From an uncultured Rhodopila sp. (GTDB taxonomy: Bacteria > Pseudomonadota > Alphaproteobacteria > Acetobacterales > Acetobacteraceae), in contig CAIWTY010000068.1 in NCBI GenBank assembly GCA_903915725.1, positions 5,211 through 69,210 on the forward strand: 64,000 bases of DNA. The letters run 5' to 3'. Position 1 is the first letter of the stretch. Every line of letters starts with the position of its first letter. Below the pieces are notes generated by a model. That model was given only the letters and a program-made list of their open reading frames with translations. It searched no databases and was not told the origin of the DNA. This document shows positions 36,921 through 47,223 of the stretch, one piece after another. Made by a program: the position numbers and the translations under genes.

Positions 36921-37237
36921 AATTCCTACGTTAACCAAACGGACGGGATACGCAACCGTGTTTGCTGCGAACCGTCACCCGGGATCGCGGCGACTTGCCC
37001 GCTCGCACCAGAGGTCTGTCCCGGGAAATTTCCTATCATCGCCCGTCAGATTCCACGTTCGGTTATTGTGAAATAACGTCGCCTCAACCCGCGTTACGAC
37101 CCCGGCGTTGCCAATCCGTCACGTCAAAACCAATTGCAATAGCCTGCTTCTGTCGTCCGCCGGCCACCCCCTGACGGTCTCGCTTTCGCTGTGCTAGGAC
37201 GTCGGAGCGAAAAATACCGCACAGTAGGAGTGGAATA

Positions 37238-38260
37238 TTGCCTGCATTGTCCCGACCGATTTCCCGCCGCAGCGCGATCGCCGCGACGCTGGGACTGATG
37301 GCCGCATCGCCGCGCCGCGCCGCCGCGGCGACCACCCTGCTGAACGTTTCATACGATCCGACGCGTGAACTTTACCGCGCCATCAACCCCGCCTTCATCG
37401 CCGCCTGGAAGGCGAAAACCGGGGAGGAGATCAGCATCAATCAGTCGCATGGCGGCTCCGGCGCGCAGTCCCGGGCCGTGCTGGAAGGGCTGCAGGCGGA
37501 TGTCGTCACGCTGGCGCTGGCGGCGGACATCGACGCGCTGGCCAAACGCGGGCTGATCGCGGCCAACTGGCAGACGCGGCTGCCGGACAACGCCTCCCCC
37601 TACACCAGCACGATCGTCTTCCTGGTGCGCGCGGGCAATCCGAAGCGCTTACATGACTGGCCCGACCTGCTGAAGCCGGATGTGGCGGTGATCACACCCA
37701 ACCCGAAGACGTCGGGCGGCGCACGCTGGAATTTCCTTGCCGCCGTTGCCTGGGCGCAGCGCCAGCCGGGTGCCACGGAGGCGACCGTCGAGGCGTTCAC
37801 GCGGCGCCTGATTCACCAGGTGCCGGTGCTGGATACCGGCGCGCGCGGCGCCACCAACAGTTTTGTCCAACGCGAACTCGGCGACGTGCTGCTGGCGTGG
37901 GAGAACGAGGCATGGCTCGCCCGCCAGGAATTCGGCGGCGGCGCTTATGAGATCGTCTATCCCTCGGTGAGCGTGCTCGCGGAGCCTCCGGTTTCCGTGG
38001 TGGATAGCGTTGTCGCCAAGAAGGGTACGCACGACGTGGCCACCGCGTATCTGGAGTTCCTCTACACGAAACCGGCGCAGGAGATCATCGCGAAGAATTT
38101 TTACCGTCCGCGCGATACGGCCGTGGCGAAGCAAAATGCCGACACGTTCCCGGCTTTGCCGATGGCAACGATCGAGGATTTCGGCGGCTGGGACCGCGCA
38201 CAGGCAAAATACTTCGCCGATGGCGGCCTGTTCGACCGCATCTTTACTCCGGGAAAATGA
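37238..38260 (+). CDS. sbp: Sulfate ABC transporter substrate-binding protein
   Basis: LLNVSYDPTRELY, QSHGGSGAQ, PYTSTIVFLVRAGNP, TPNPKTSGGARW, WENEA; first gene of a cysTWA operon. Confidence 0.92.
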   Translation: MPALSRPISRRSAIAATLGLMAASPRRAAAATTLLNVSYDPTRELYRAINPAFIAAWKAKTGEEISINQSHGGSGAQSRAVLEGLQADVVTLALAADIDALAKRGLIAANWQTRLPDNASPYTSTIVFLVRAGNPKRLHDWPDLLKPDVAVITPNPKTSGGARWNFLAAVAWAQRQPGATEATVEAFTRRLIHQVPVLDTGARGATNSFVQRELGDVLLAWENEAWLARQEFGGGAYEIVYPSVSVLAEPPVSVVDSVVAKKGTHDVATAYLEFLYTKPAQEIIAKNFYRPRDTAVAKQNADTFPALPMATIEDFGGWDRAQAKYFADGGLFDRIFTPGK

Positions 38261-39081
38261 CTCTGCCCTCCCGCCGATCGGCTTTGCCCGGATTCTCGTT
38301 GACGCTGGGCATTACGGTGGTCTGGCTGTCGCTGATCGTCTTGCTGCCGCTGACCTTGCTGGCGCTGCGGCCGTGGACGCTCGGCTTCGCGGGCGTCTGG
38401 CAGTCGGTCACCGAGCCGCGGGTGCTCGCCGCGCTGCGGCTGAGTTTCGGCACCGCGGCGCTGGCCGCGGCGGTGAACATGCCGCTCGGGCTGCTGGTGG
38501 CGTGGGTGATGGTCCGCTACCGCTTCCCGCTGCGCAACCTGGCGGATTCGCTGATCGACATGCCGCTGGCCTTGCCCACCGCGGTCGCCGGCATCGCCCT
38601 GACCGCCCTGTTCGCGCCGCGCGGCTGGATCGGTGCCCTGCTGCTGCCGCTCGGCATCCGGGTCGCCTACACGCCGCTGGGCATCTTCGTCGCCCTGGTG
38701 TTTGTCGGCTTGCCGTTCATGGTGCGGACGCTGGAGCCGGTGATCATGGAGATGCCGCGAGAAGCCGAGGAAGCCGCCGCGACCCTGGGCGCCACGCGGC
38801 GGCAGACCCTTTTGCGGGTGGTGCTGCCGGCGCTGACCCCTGCCCTGCTGGCCGGCTTCGGCGCGGCGTTCGGACGCGGCATCGGCGAGTACGGCTCCGT
38901 CATTTTCATCGCCGGCAACATGCCGATGGTGAGCGAGATCGCGCCGTTGCTGATCCTGATCCGTCTGGAGCAGCTTAATTACGCCGGCGCCGCCGCGCTG
39001 GCGCTGGTGATGCTGCTGGCGTCGTTCGCCGTGCTGCTGTCGCTGAACCTGCTGCGCGCCCGCATGCGGAGGCGATCATGA
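38257..39081 (+). CDS. cysT: Sulfate ABC transporter permease
   Basis: LPGFSLTLG, DMPLALPTAVAGIAL, GEYGSVIFIAGNMP. Confidence 0.93.
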   Translation: MTLPSRRSALPGFSLTLGITVVWLSLIVLLPLTLLALRPWTLGFAGVWQSVTEPRVLAALRLSFGTAALAAAVNMPLGLLVAWVMVRYRFPLRNLADSLIDMPLALPTAVAGIALTALFAPRGWIGALLLPLGIRVAYTPLGIFVALVFVGLPFMVRTLEPVIMEMPREAEEAAATLGATRRQTLLRVVLPALTPALLAGFGAAFGRGIGEYGSVIFIAGNMPMVSEIAPLLILIRLEQLNYAGAAALALVMLLASFAVLLSLNLLRARMRRRS

Positions 39082-39911
39082 CGACCCCGGCGGCGCAGGA
39101 AAGCGTTGCGACGCGCGTCGTGTTGATCCTGCTGACGGCGGCGCTGCTGATCATCCTGCTGGTGCTGCCGCTGGTGGTGGTGCTGGCAGAGGCGTTCCGC
39201 AAAGGCATTCCGGCGGCACTGGCGACGCTGAGCGACCCGGACTCGCTAACGTCCATCCGCCTGACCCTGACGGTGGCGGCGATCAGCGTGCCGCTGAATA
39301 CGGTATTCGGGGTGTCGGCGGCCTGGTGCATCAGCCGGTTCCGCTTTCCGGGGCGCGGCGCACTGGTCACGCTGATCGAGCTGCCGTTTTCGGTCTCGCC
39401 GGTGATCTCCGGGCTGGTCTGGGTGCTGCTGTTCGGCATCAACGGCTGGCTGGGGACGTTCATGGACCGGGCCGGCTTGCAGATCATCTTCGCTTTGCCG
39501 GGGTTGGTCCTGGCCACCGTGTTTGTCACGTTTCCGTTTGTCGCCCGCACGCTGATCCCGCTGATGCAGGAACAGGACGCCAGCGAGGAGGAAGCGGCGA
39601 TCACCCTGGGCGCCACCGGGTGGCAGATGTTCAGCCGGGTGACGTTGCCGAATATCCGCTGGGGACTGATCTATGGCGTGCTGCTGTGCAACGCCCGCGC
39701 GATGGGGGAGTTCGGCGCGGTCGCCGTCGTCTCCGGCCATATCCGCGGCCAGACCATGACCATGCCGCTTCAGGTCGAGGCGCTTTTCAACGACTATGAC
39801 TGGGTGGGCGCTTTTACCATCGCCAGCCTGCTGGCGCTGCTCGCGCTGGCGACGCTGGCGGTGAAGGCGGCGCTGGAATGGCGGCTCGGACGCCGCGGGA
39901 GCATGCATTGA
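39078..39911 (+). CDS. cysW: Sulfate ABC transporter permease
   Basis: LIELPFSVSPVISGL, NARAMGEFGAVAVVSGHIRGQT. Confidence 0.93.
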   Translation: MTTPAAQESVATRVVLILLTAALLIILLVLPLVVVLAEAFRKGIPAALATLSDPDSLTSIRLTLTVAAISVPLNTVFGVSAAWCISRFRFPGRGALVTLIELPFSVSPVISGLVWVLLFGINGWLGTFMDRAGLQIIFALPGLVLATVFVTFPFVARTLIPLMQEQDASEEEAAITLGATGWQMFSRVTLPNIRWGLIYGVLLCNARAMGEFGAVAVVSGHIRGQTMTMPLQVEALFNDYDWVGAFTIASLLALLALATLAVKAALEWRLGRRGSMH

Positions 39912-40933
39912 ACGTCGAAATGCGCGGGTTGACGAAGTCGTTCGGGCCGACTCCGGCACTGAATGCCGTCGATCTTTCGGTCAGCAACGGGGAGTTCCTG
40001 GCGATCCTGGGGCCTTCGGGGTCGGGTAAGACATCGTTGCTGCGGGTGCTGGCGGGGCTGGAGTTTGCCGAGTCGGGGACGATCGTTATCGGCGGCCGGG
40101 CGATGGAGGGGGTGCCGGCGCGCGAACGCGGGGTGGGGTTCGTGTTCCAGAACTACGCGCTGTTCCGCCACATGACGGTGGCGCGGAATATCGCTTTCGG
40201 GCTGGAGATCCGGCCTCGGCGCTTGCGGCCGCGGGCGCATGAGATCCGCGACCGGGTGGCGTCGCTGCTCGACCTGATGGGTATCGGCGATCTGGGCGGG
40301 CGGTATCCGGACCAGCTTTCCGGCGGGCAGCGGCAGCGTGTGGCCCTGGCGCGGGCGCTGGCGATCGAGCCGGCGCTGCTGTTGCTGGACGAGCCGTTTG
40401 GCGCGCTGGATGCCAAGGTGCGCAAGACGCTGCGGGTGTGGCTGAAGGACCTGCATGACCGGATCGGGCTGACCAGCATTTTCGTCACGCACGACCAGGC
40501 CGAGGCGATGGAGATGGCCGATCGGGTGGCGGTGATGCAGGCGGGGCGGATCGAGCAGGTGGATACGCCGGATTGTTTGTACGCCGAACCGGCCAGCGCG
40601 TTCGTGCATGAGTTTTTGGGCGAGGCGATCCGGTTGGATTGTCTTGTGGCGGACGGTGTGGCGCGGTTTCCGGGGTTGCCCTCGGCGGTGTTGCCGACGG
40701 CGTGCCGCCCGGGCGCGGCGATCGCTCTGATCCGCCCGTACGAGATCGGCTTTATCGTCCGTCCGGGACCGGCGCATGTGGTGAGCGTGCATGCGAACGG
40801 GCCGTTGAAGCGGGTGCGGCTGCTCATCGGCGGGGTCGGGATCGAAGTGCTGAGCCCGGCGGAGGGGTGGACCCCGGTGGTGGGGGAGAACTGCGATCTG
40901 GAGTTGTCGAAGGCTCGAGTTTATCCGGTTTAG
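39908..40933 (+). CDS. cysA: Sulfate ABC transporter ATP-binding protein
   Basis: GPSGSGKTS, FVFQNYALFRHMTV, LSGGQRQRVALAR, LLLDEPFGALD; TTG start overlapping the cysW stop is assumed. Confidence 0.92.
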   Translation: MNVEMRGLTKSFGPTPALNAVDLSVSNGEFLAILGPSGSGKTSLLRVLAGLEFAESGTIVIGGRAMEGVPARERGVGFVFQNYALFRHMTVARNIAFGLEIRPRRLRPRAHEIRDRVASLLDLMGIGDLGGRYPDQLSGGQRQRVALARALAIEPALLLLDEPFGALDAKVRKTLRVWLKDLHDRIGLTSIFVTHDQAEAMEMADRVAVMQAGRIEQVDTPDCLYAEPASAFVHEFLGEAIRLDCLVADGVARFPGLPSAVLPTACRPGAAIALIRPYEIGFIVRPGPAHVVSVHANGPLKRVRLLIGGVGIEVLSPAEGWTPVVGENCDLELSKARVYPV

Positions 40934-41403
40934 GGCGGCGGGTCGTCGGCCCTCGTGCGGTGGACCCGGCAGCGGTGGGCTATCTGGTCAAACTCGGGCG
41001 CACGAATCCATTCATGCAATGTGCGGCCCATGAGGTCCATAGAGTCATTTGCGTCCTGCATGATGGCAAGCCACTTAGCCTTCGAGCCGTAGTTGCCGGT
41101 GCAGTCATGCATTTCTCGCACGCCAAGTCTTCGCGCGTTTTCTATAACATCAACAGTTGCAGCCAACCTTTCTAGCTGAGAACCCAACGCTATTATTTGC
41201 TTTTCGACGGGATTTCCTCCCGCGAGATGAAACATAAGTTCGTGTAAAGAAACCGAGGTTACCACCACGCCAACGGCGATAAGGATCTCGTGGGCGTCGG
41301 GATGGGAATTACGATCAACAACCAGAGCGGCCAAAAACGCCGTCACGCCAACGGCGATGAAGACAGTCGCTCTGGTTCGCACTGGGGCCGCTGCATTTTT
41401 CAT
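40930..41403 (-). pseudogene. Low-GC 2-TM protein, apparently truncated at the 3' end
   Basis: Two hydrophobic segments then a soluble domain (SMDLMGRTLHEW) that switches abruptly to GC-rich sequence near 40980; about 50% GC in spot counts. Confidence 0.45.
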
Positions 41404-41590
41404 TCACGATAATTATCGATTTGCGTGATTTTGGTCAACCGGATGGCGGGCCAGGGGACTATACAATCGGCCAGCGGCACGGAATCACACGGTAATGGGT
41501 CGAGCGAAACCACCTACCGAAGCATTGGTGGCTCGATTTCACAATTCTCACCGAATGAGTGGCGCCAGGTGCGGCTGAAAAAAAGTTTCT

Positions 41591-41911
41591 CTACGCAATC
41601 GCATCCAACCCCTTAACCCGCGCCAGCACCAGCAACTTCAACGAAGGCCCGCTCGGGCGCTTAACCCCCCGCTCCCAATCGCTCACCAACTTCGTGCCCA
41701 CATTCAGGTGCCGAGCCAGCACGGCCTGACTCACCCCCTCCCGCTCCCGCAGCTCCCGGATATCCTCCGCGCCGATCGGCTCCATTGGCGTCAGGCAGAA
41801 CGCGTCGAGATCACGCATCGTGGTCTTATCCAGCGCGCCCACGCGATGCAGGGCGGAGGCTGTCCTGTGCAGCGATTCCAACCGCTGAGTCCGATACCCA
41901 AGTTCAGCCAT
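41591..41911 (-). CDS. XRE/HTH antitoxin (HigA-like)
   Basis: IRELREREGVSQAVLARHLNV...VSDWERGVKRPSGPSLKLL; overlaps the toxin gene. Confidence 0.88.
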   Translation of the reverse strand: MAELGYRTQRLESLHRTASALHRVGALDKTTMRDLDAFCLTPMEPIGAEDIRELREREGVSQAVLARHLNVGTKLVSDWERGVKRPSGPSLKLLVLARVKGLDAIA

Positions 41912-42278
41912 CGCCGACCACCTCCACCATTTCCTGTTCGTCCAACAGCGTCCGCAACCGGGCATCGTCCATCGTCACGAACGCCCCGGCGACCTTACGC
42001 CAGAACTCAAGTTCCTCCGGCCCGATATTGTCGCGTTCGTTCTTCGCGAAGCCATAGACGAACACCGTCCGGCCCCCGGCCCGAAACGCCATCAGCGTGC
42101 GATAGCCGCTTCGCCGCCCCTGCCCCGGCCGCGCGACCCGTTGCTTGATCAGGCCGCCGCCGAGATCGGCGTCGATCAAACCCCGCTCGGCGCGGCTGGC
42201 GGCTTCAAGCAGGGTGGCGTCACGGATGGTTTCGCGCCGGGCGGAGCGTGCAAATTCCTTGGTCTTGAAGACACGCAC
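41904..42278 (-). CDS. RelE/ParE-family toxin (HigB-like)
   Basis: RVFKTKEFARSARRE...LIDADLGGGLIKQRVAR.GQGRRSGYRT...FVYGFAKNERDNI; toxin-first order. Confidence 0.88.
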   Translation of the reverse strand: MRVFKTKEFARSARRETIRDATLLEAASRAERGLIDADLGGGLIKQRVARPGQGRRSGYRTLMAFRAGGRTVFVYGFAKNERDNIGPEELEFWRKVAGAFVTMDDARLRTLLDEQEMVEVVGDG

Positions 42279-42311
42279 TTTATCTCGAGTGAATCCAGGT
42301 TCGTGCTCCAC

Positions 42312-42340
42312 GATCTATCACACTGTGGGGGATAGTTCAA
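42312..42340 (-). promoter_or_regulatory. Candidate sigma70 promoter and operator of the TA pair
   Basis: Minus strand TTGAAC-17 nt-TAGATC, overlapped by a CTATC...GATAG dyad. Confidence 0.45.
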
Positions 42341-42371
42341 GACACTGCCACGCGACAGACACTGCCACGCG
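42341..42371. repeat. Tandem direct repeat GACACTGCCACGCG x2 (17-bp period)
   Basis: Seen directly at 42341-42354 and 42358-42371. Confidence 0.8.
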
Positions 42372-42429
42372 CCGACGATGACGCTGATAGGCCTAGGCCA
42401 ACGGTTCAACCCATCGCGTATCGGTGCGA

Positions 42430-43170
42430 CTACCGCGACACACTGGTCCAGATCAGCGACACGCCGGACATCCCCAAAAGCACAAGCACGACCTCATGGA
42501 AGCGCTGGTCGCTCAACCGTTGATAGGTGCTGGCGCCCAGCCAGGCTCCAACAAAAGTCCCCGGAAGGGCAATAAGAACCAACCGCCCGACCTCGCCCGT
42601 CAGCCTGCCGGAAACCGCATACACCAGGACGGCAGCGGTCAGGATCGCAAGGTTGAAAGCCTGGAACACACCGCGCCGCTCGTCTTTGCCCCATCCGCGC
42701 AGCGCCGCCCAGACCGTCGGCAACGCACCCGACAGGCCGGCGAGACCGCCGAGAATGCCGCCCGCGAACCCCACCGCGGTGTCGGCCCAACGGCCGCCTT
42801 GCGCTATGTGCATCTGCCGCCCGCCGAACAGCATGAAGCCGGAGAACGCGGCCAGCAGCACGCCCATGCAAAGGCGGAACGCGTTCGGGTCAACCCGCAG
42901 CAGGAGCCAACTGCCAATCGGCACGCCGAGCAGGCCGGCCGCTATCATCGGCCCGACCCGGGCGCGGTCGATAGCGTGCCAGACCGTGCGGATGGTCAGC
43001 GACTGCGCGACCACGGAACAGATGACCACAAGCACCGCCGCCGTGGCGGGGTCGAGGACGTGCAGCCAGATCCCGAGCGCCATGAGGGCCGTGCCGAAGC
43101 CGGCAAGGCCCGAGACGAAACCGCCGGCGAACGCGCCACCCACGACCACCAGGACGGCGGTCGTCAGCAT
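42430..43170 (-). CDS. TauE/SafE-family (sulfite exporter-like) membrane protein
   Basis: GGFVSGLAGFGTAL and GGILGGLAGLSG internal repeats; about 8 TM helices. Confidence 0.85.
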   Translation of the reverse strand: MLTTAVLVVVGGAFAGGFVSGLAGFGTALMALGIWLHVLDPATAAVLVVICSVVAQSLTIRTVWHAIDRARVGPMIAAGLLGVPIGSWLLLRVDPNAFRLCMGVLLAAFSGFMLFGGRQMHIAQGGRWADTAVGFAGGILGGLAGLSGALPTVWAALRGWGKDERRGVFQAFNLAILTAAVLVYAVSGRLTGEVGRLVLIALPGTFVGAWLGASTYQRLSDQRFHEVVLVLLGMSGVSLIWTSVSR

Positions 43171-43299
43171 CGCCGCGGATCGACTGACGGAGGCATTTCG
43201 AGTGCCATAGGGTGAGGATTAGGCCGGCGGAGCAAGCTATACTCTCAATTCGTACCACCAGGCCTGTCCGGGCGATACGAAATCCGTTGGTATCCGCCC

Positions 43300-43992
43300 T
43301 TACGCCATCATCAGGCGCAGCGCCCTGCGGTCCTTCAACATGACCCGCCGCGCCGTCGGCAGGCCGATGACCCCGTCGCGCTCGAGATGCGACAAGGTCC
43401 GCGACACCGTTTCGATGGTCAGTCCCAGATAATCCGCAATATCCTGCCGGCTCATGGGCAGGTCGATCGCGTCGTCGCGCTCGTCCCGCTCCGACATCTC
43501 CAGCAGGAAGGTTGCGATCTTCTGCGCCGCGGTGCCGCGGCCCAGCAACAGCGAGTGTTCCTGCGAACGCGCCAGGCAGGTCATGGCATGGGCGAAGAAC
43601 TGCCGTGCCAGGCGGTCCTCCTGCGCAGCCGAACCGTCGGTGCCGCGGCGGCGATAGGCGATCACCTGGCATTCCGACACTGCCTCGGCCGAGAGACGGT
43701 ACAGGCTGCCTGCCTCGAATCCGAACACGTCGCCCTCGCCATGGAAGGCATCGATCTGGCGGCGGCCGTCGCTGAGGAAACGGCAGGTCCGCACCATGCC
43801 TTTGACGACCTTATAGAAGCAGCGTGCCTGGTCGCCTTCCTCGTAGATCGCGCGATCCGGCACGAAATGATGAACCGTCCCACTGAGTCCGGCATCGCCG
43901 GTGAAACTGTCCTCACTGAAGCCCGACGATATCCAGGGCATCGACGACGCTGCTCGGGATGATTTGGCAGCGATTGCGAGGGAAGCGGACAT
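43300..43992 (-). CDS. fixK: Crp/Fnr-family regulator, FixK type (no N-terminal Cys cluster)
   Basis: IYEEGD, GRRQI..F...GDVFG, LPMSRQDIADYLGLTIETVSRT; downstream of fixLJ. Confidence 0.82.
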   Translation of the reverse strand: MSASLAIAAKSSRAASSMPWISSGFSEDSFTGDAGLSGTVHHFVPDRAIYEEGDQARCFYKVVKGMVRTCRFLSDGRRQIDAFHGEGDVFGFEAGSLYRLSAEAVSECQVIAYRRRGTDGSAAQEDRLARQFFAHAMTCLARSQEHSLLLGRGTAAQKIATFLLEMSERDERDDAIDLPMSRQDIADYLGLTIETVSRTLSHLERDGVIGLPTARRVMLKDRRALRLMMA

Positions 43993-44066
43993 CGGAGGCT
44001 CCTGTCATGGAAAGACCGTAGCCCCGTTGTAATGGCCTGCACGCCCCTGTGAATTCGGTTTAATCC

Positions 44067-44082
44067 TACGGGAATTTACGTA
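44067..44082. promoter_or_regulatory. Candidate FixJ binding site upstream of fixK
   Basis: TACGGGAATTTACGTA; GGGAATTTAC matches 8/10 of the complement of the GTAGTTTCCC FixJ site as I recall it from Sinorhizobium fixK. Confidence 0.45.
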
Positions 44083-44483
44083 TTCGAGGCCGCATGACGG
44101 GCCGGTTCCGGCGCCGAGCCGAGGATCAGCCGGATGTTGTCCGCCAGGGCATTGTCCATCAGCGGCTTCTCCAGCACCATCCGCACCCCCGCGGCATTGG
44201 CGCGCGCCTTGATCCGCGGCGTCGCGTGGCTGGTCAGCAGGATCGCCGGCACGTTCAGGTTCAACGCGTTCAGCCGGCTGAGTAGCGCAAACCCGTCCAT
44301 GCTCGGGTTGCGGTCGTCCAAAATCACGCACCGTGCGTGCGACAGATCCGGATCGGCCAGCAGCCCGAAGCCGCCGCGATGAACATGCACGCACAGACCC
44401 TCAAGCTGCAGGGCGAACTGCAGCGAGTCCCGCACAGCCTGGTCTTCATCGACGATCAATATGAGATCTCGTTGGAAGGCCAT
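44076..44483 (-). CDS. Single-domain response regulator
   Basis: LIVDEDQAVRDSLQFAL, CVILDD, ILLTS, VLEKPL; typical position between fixJ and fixK. Confidence 0.82.
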   Translation of the reverse strand: MAFQRDLILIVDEDQAVRDSLQFALQLEGLCVHVHRGGFGLLADPDLSHARCVILDDRNPSMDGFALLSRLNALNLNVPAILLTSHATPRIKARANAAGVRMVLEKPLMDNALADNIRLILGSAPEPARHAASNT

Positions 44484-44562
44484 TCCAAAACTCCAGCACC
44501 CCACGAACCACGCTCATCGCGAGGACCTGTGCGGATCGTATGGAAAGGCCTCAAAATACGCT

Positions 44563-44576
44563 TTGATCTAGCGCAA
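44563..44576. promoter_or_regulatory. FixK/FNR box TTGATCTAGCGCAA
   Basis: TTGA-N6-GCAA about 80 bp upstream of the single-domain regulator start. Confidence 0.55.
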
Positions 44577-45185
44577 ACCAGAACGGATCACGAAGGCCAT
44601 GCGCACCAGTTCGGCCAGGCTGCCGGCCCCCATCCGGGCCATCAGGTTGGCACGGTGCACCTCCACCGTGCGGGCGCTGATCTTCAGGTCGTAGGCGATC
44701 GTCTTGTTCGGCAACCCGGCCACAAGCCCGTCCAGGACCTCACGTTCGCGCGGCGACAGGGCGTCGATCTTGGCACGGATCGCGGCGATTTCATCCTCCC
44801 GGCTGGCATCGCGGGAGTGCCGATCGATGGCGATCCGAATGGCGGAAAGGAGCTTTTCGTCGTTGAATGGCTTTTCGATGAAATCGATCGCACCGGCCTT
44901 CATCGCCTCCACCGCCAGGGGAACGTCGCCGTGGCCGGTGACGACGATCACCGGCAGCCCGATGCCGCGCTGCGTCAATTGCCGTTGCAGTTCCAGCCCG
45001 TCCATCTCCGGCATGCGAACATCGGTGACGATGCATCCCGGCTGCACCGTCGGCAGCGCCTCCAGAAAGGCGGCCGCCGATTCGTAGACCCGGACCGCGT
45101 AGCCCGACGTGGTCAACAGGAAGGCCACCGCGCGGCGCACCCCATCGTCATCGTCTATCAGGTGAACCACGGCATCACGCGCCAT
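44568..45185 (-). CDS. fixJ: Response regulator REC-LuxR
   Basis: [59 protein letters not shown]. Confidence 0.92.
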   Translation of the reverse strand: MARDAVVHLIDDDDGVRRAVAFLLTTSGYAVRVYESAAAFLEALPTVQPGCIVTDVRMPEMDGLELQRQLTQRGIGLPVIVVTGHGDVPLAVEAMKAGAIDFIEKPFNDEKLLSAIRIAIDRHSRDASREDEIAAIRAKIDALSPREREVLDGLVAGLPNKTIAYDLKISARTVEVHRANLMARMGAGSLAELVRMAFVIRSGLR

Positions 45186-47103
45186 TATGGATTTCCTCCT
45201 TGCTCAGCGACTTGAGCGTGAGGCGGAAGATGGTTCCGCCCGCCGGATTGGGTTCGGCCCACAGCCTTCCGCCATGCGCCTCGATGATGGTGCGCGAGAT
45301 CGACAGCCCCACCCCCATGCCGTTCGGCTTGGTGGTGACGAAGGGCTGGAACAGTTGCGACAGGATTTCCGGCGCGATGCCGGCGCCGGTGTCGGCGACG
45401 CTGATCTCCGCCATCTCGTCGTCGCGCTGCGCGGTGGAGATTTTCAGTTCGCGGGTGGCTTTTTCCTGCATCGCCTCGATTGCGTTGCGGATCAGGTTCA
45501 GGATCACCTGCTGCACCTGGATCTTGTCGGCCAGCACGAAGCCGGCGCGCGGATCGAAGTCGAACGAGACGCGCACCCGGGACTCTTTGACGCCGACAAG
45601 CGCCAGCGCGCTGGCTTCCTCGATCAGCTTGGTCAGGCTTTCGACGTTGCGCTCGCTTTCGCCGCGCGCGACGAACTGGCGCAGGCGGCGGATGATCTGG
45701 CCGGCGCGCACCGCCTGGTCCGCCGCGCGGTCGATCGCGTCGCGCAGCATCAGCGCATGCACGTGGGCGGAGCCGTCGAGCAGCCGCCGGCAGCCGTTCA
45801 GGTAGCTGGCGACGGCGGTCAGCGGCTGGTTCAGCTCATGCGCGAGGGTGGAGGCCATTTCGCCCATCGCGGTGAAGCGCGACATGTGGATCAGTTCGGC
45901 CTGGAGTTCCTGCAGCCGCTGCTGAGTTTCCTGCCGTTCGGTCAGATCGCGCACGAATCCGGTGAAGGACCGCCGTCCGCCGGAAATCATTTCGCCGACC
46001 CACAGTTCCATCGGAAAGGTGGAGTTGTCGCGGCGCAGGCCGACGACGACGCGGCCGCGGCCGATGATGCGGCGGACGCCGGTGGCGAAGTAGCGCGCCA
46101 GATAGGTGTCGTGCTGCTCCCGGTACGGCGACGGCATCAGGGTGCAGACGTTTTGGCCGATGATGTCGTCCGCCGGATAGCCGAACAACCGTTCCGCCGT
46201 TGCGCTGAACGATCGCATGATGCCCTTGTTGTCGATGACGATCATCGCGTCCGGCACGGTTTCCAGCACCGAACGCAGATGCGCCTCGCGTTCCTCCAGC
46301 GCAAGCTGCGCCCGCTTCGCTTCGGTGATATCGCGCGCCACGACGGAGGCGCCAATCAGGCGGCCGGTGCTGTCCCATAACGGAGAGGCAGTCAGCGACA
46401 CGTCGATGATGTCGCCGTTCTTGCGGCGGCGGCGGGTTTCGTGGTGCTCCACGCGTTCACCGTGGCTGATCCGCTCGAGGATCTGCATGGTGTCGTCCTC
46501 GTGGCCGGGGGGCACCAGGGCCGAGATCGGACGGCCGATGATGTCGGCGGCCGAATAGCCGTACAAGGCTTCGGCGCCGCGGTTCCAGTCGGTTACGCTG
46601 CCATCGGCGGCCTCGCCGATGATCGCGTCGTCCGATGAGGTTACCATGGCGGCGAGGCGGATGTTTTCCGCGGTTCCGGCGGTGCGATGGCCGGCGTCGA
46701 TCAGGATGCCGATGGCCTCCCCGTCCGCGACCCGGCCGCGCGCGCGCAGCCATTGGCCGGTCGCGGCGGCGCGGACATCGAAATCGAAGCCGTGCTCCCC
46801 GGCGGCGCTCTGCCGCAGGATGGTGTCAGCGAAGTTGCGGTCCTCCGCGTGGAGTTGGTCCAACAGGTCCTGGTACGTCGCCGGCACCGCGGCGGCGCAA
46901 TCGAGCAGCCCGGCGGCCTGCCGCGACAGGCTGACCGTGTCCGTTGCAATGTCCCAGTGCCACGGACCGATGTCCGCGGCCTCCAGCGCGTGGCTGAAGG
47001 CGGCGTTGGCCAACGAGGGAGGCGCCGGACGGGCGGACGGTTCGTTGGGGCCGGAGGACATGATGGAATCGCTACCGAGATCTGTGACCGGCGAGCTTAG
47101 CAT
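45175..47103 (-). CDS. fixL: Heme-PAS oxygen sensor kinase with additional PAS domains
   Basis: [11 protein letters not shown]...[11 protein letters not shown]...[10 protein letters not shown] (heme His and distal Arg); [13 protein letters not shown]; [15 protein letters not shown]. Confidence 0.92.
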   Translation of the reverse strand: MLSSPVTDLGSDSIMSSGPNEPSARPAPPSLANAAFSHALEAADIGPWHWDIATDTVSLSRQAAGLLDCAAAVPATYQDLLDQLHAEDRNFADTILRQSAAGEHGFDFDVRAAATGQWLRARGRVADGEAIGILIDAGHRTAGTAENIRLAAMVTSSDDAIIGEAADGSVTDWNRGAEALYGYSAADIIGRPISALVPPGHEDDTMQILERISHGERVEHHETRRRRKNGDIIDVSLTASPLWDSTGRLIGASVVARDITEAKRAQLALEEREAHLRSVLETVPDAMIVIDNKGIMRSFSATAERLFGYPADDIIGQNVCTLMPSPYREQHDTYLARYFATGVRRIIGRGRVVVGLRRDNSTFPMELWVGEMISGGRRSFTGFVRDLTERQETQQRLQELQAELIHMSRFTAMGEMASTLAHELNQPLTAVASYLNGCRRLLDGSAHVHALMLRDAIDRAADQAVRAGQIIRRLRQFVARGESERNVESLTKLIEEASALALVGVKESRVRVSFDFDPRAGFVLADKIQVQQVILNLIRNAIEAMQEKATRELKISTAQRDDEMAEISVADTGAGIAPEILSQLFQPFVTTKPNGMGVGLSISRTIIEAHGGRLWAEPNPAGGTIFRLTLKSLSKEEIHNGA

Positions 47104-47147
47104 GGATGTTCGGCAGGCGATATGTGGTCGAACAAACGGCCGAAACG

Positions 47148-47161
47148 TTGACGCATATCAA
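47148..47161. promoter_or_regulatory. FixK/FNR box TTGACGCATATCAA
   Basis: TTGA-N6-TCAA in the divergent fixL/usp spacer, about 62 bp before the usp start. Confidence 0.75.
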
Positions 47162-47223
47162 TGCTTTTCCCGCTGCGGTGCGGCATGAAAACCACTTGAT
47201 GGTTTGACCGATGGAGGACAACC

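Noticed and set aside
42341-42371. Tandem repeat as a CRISPR remnant
   Set aside because: Only two 14-bp units with a 3-bp gap; no spacers and no cas genes.
23826-42400. tRNA-anchored prophage or integrative element
   Set aside because: No integrase, phage genes or duplicated tRNA 3' end are visible.
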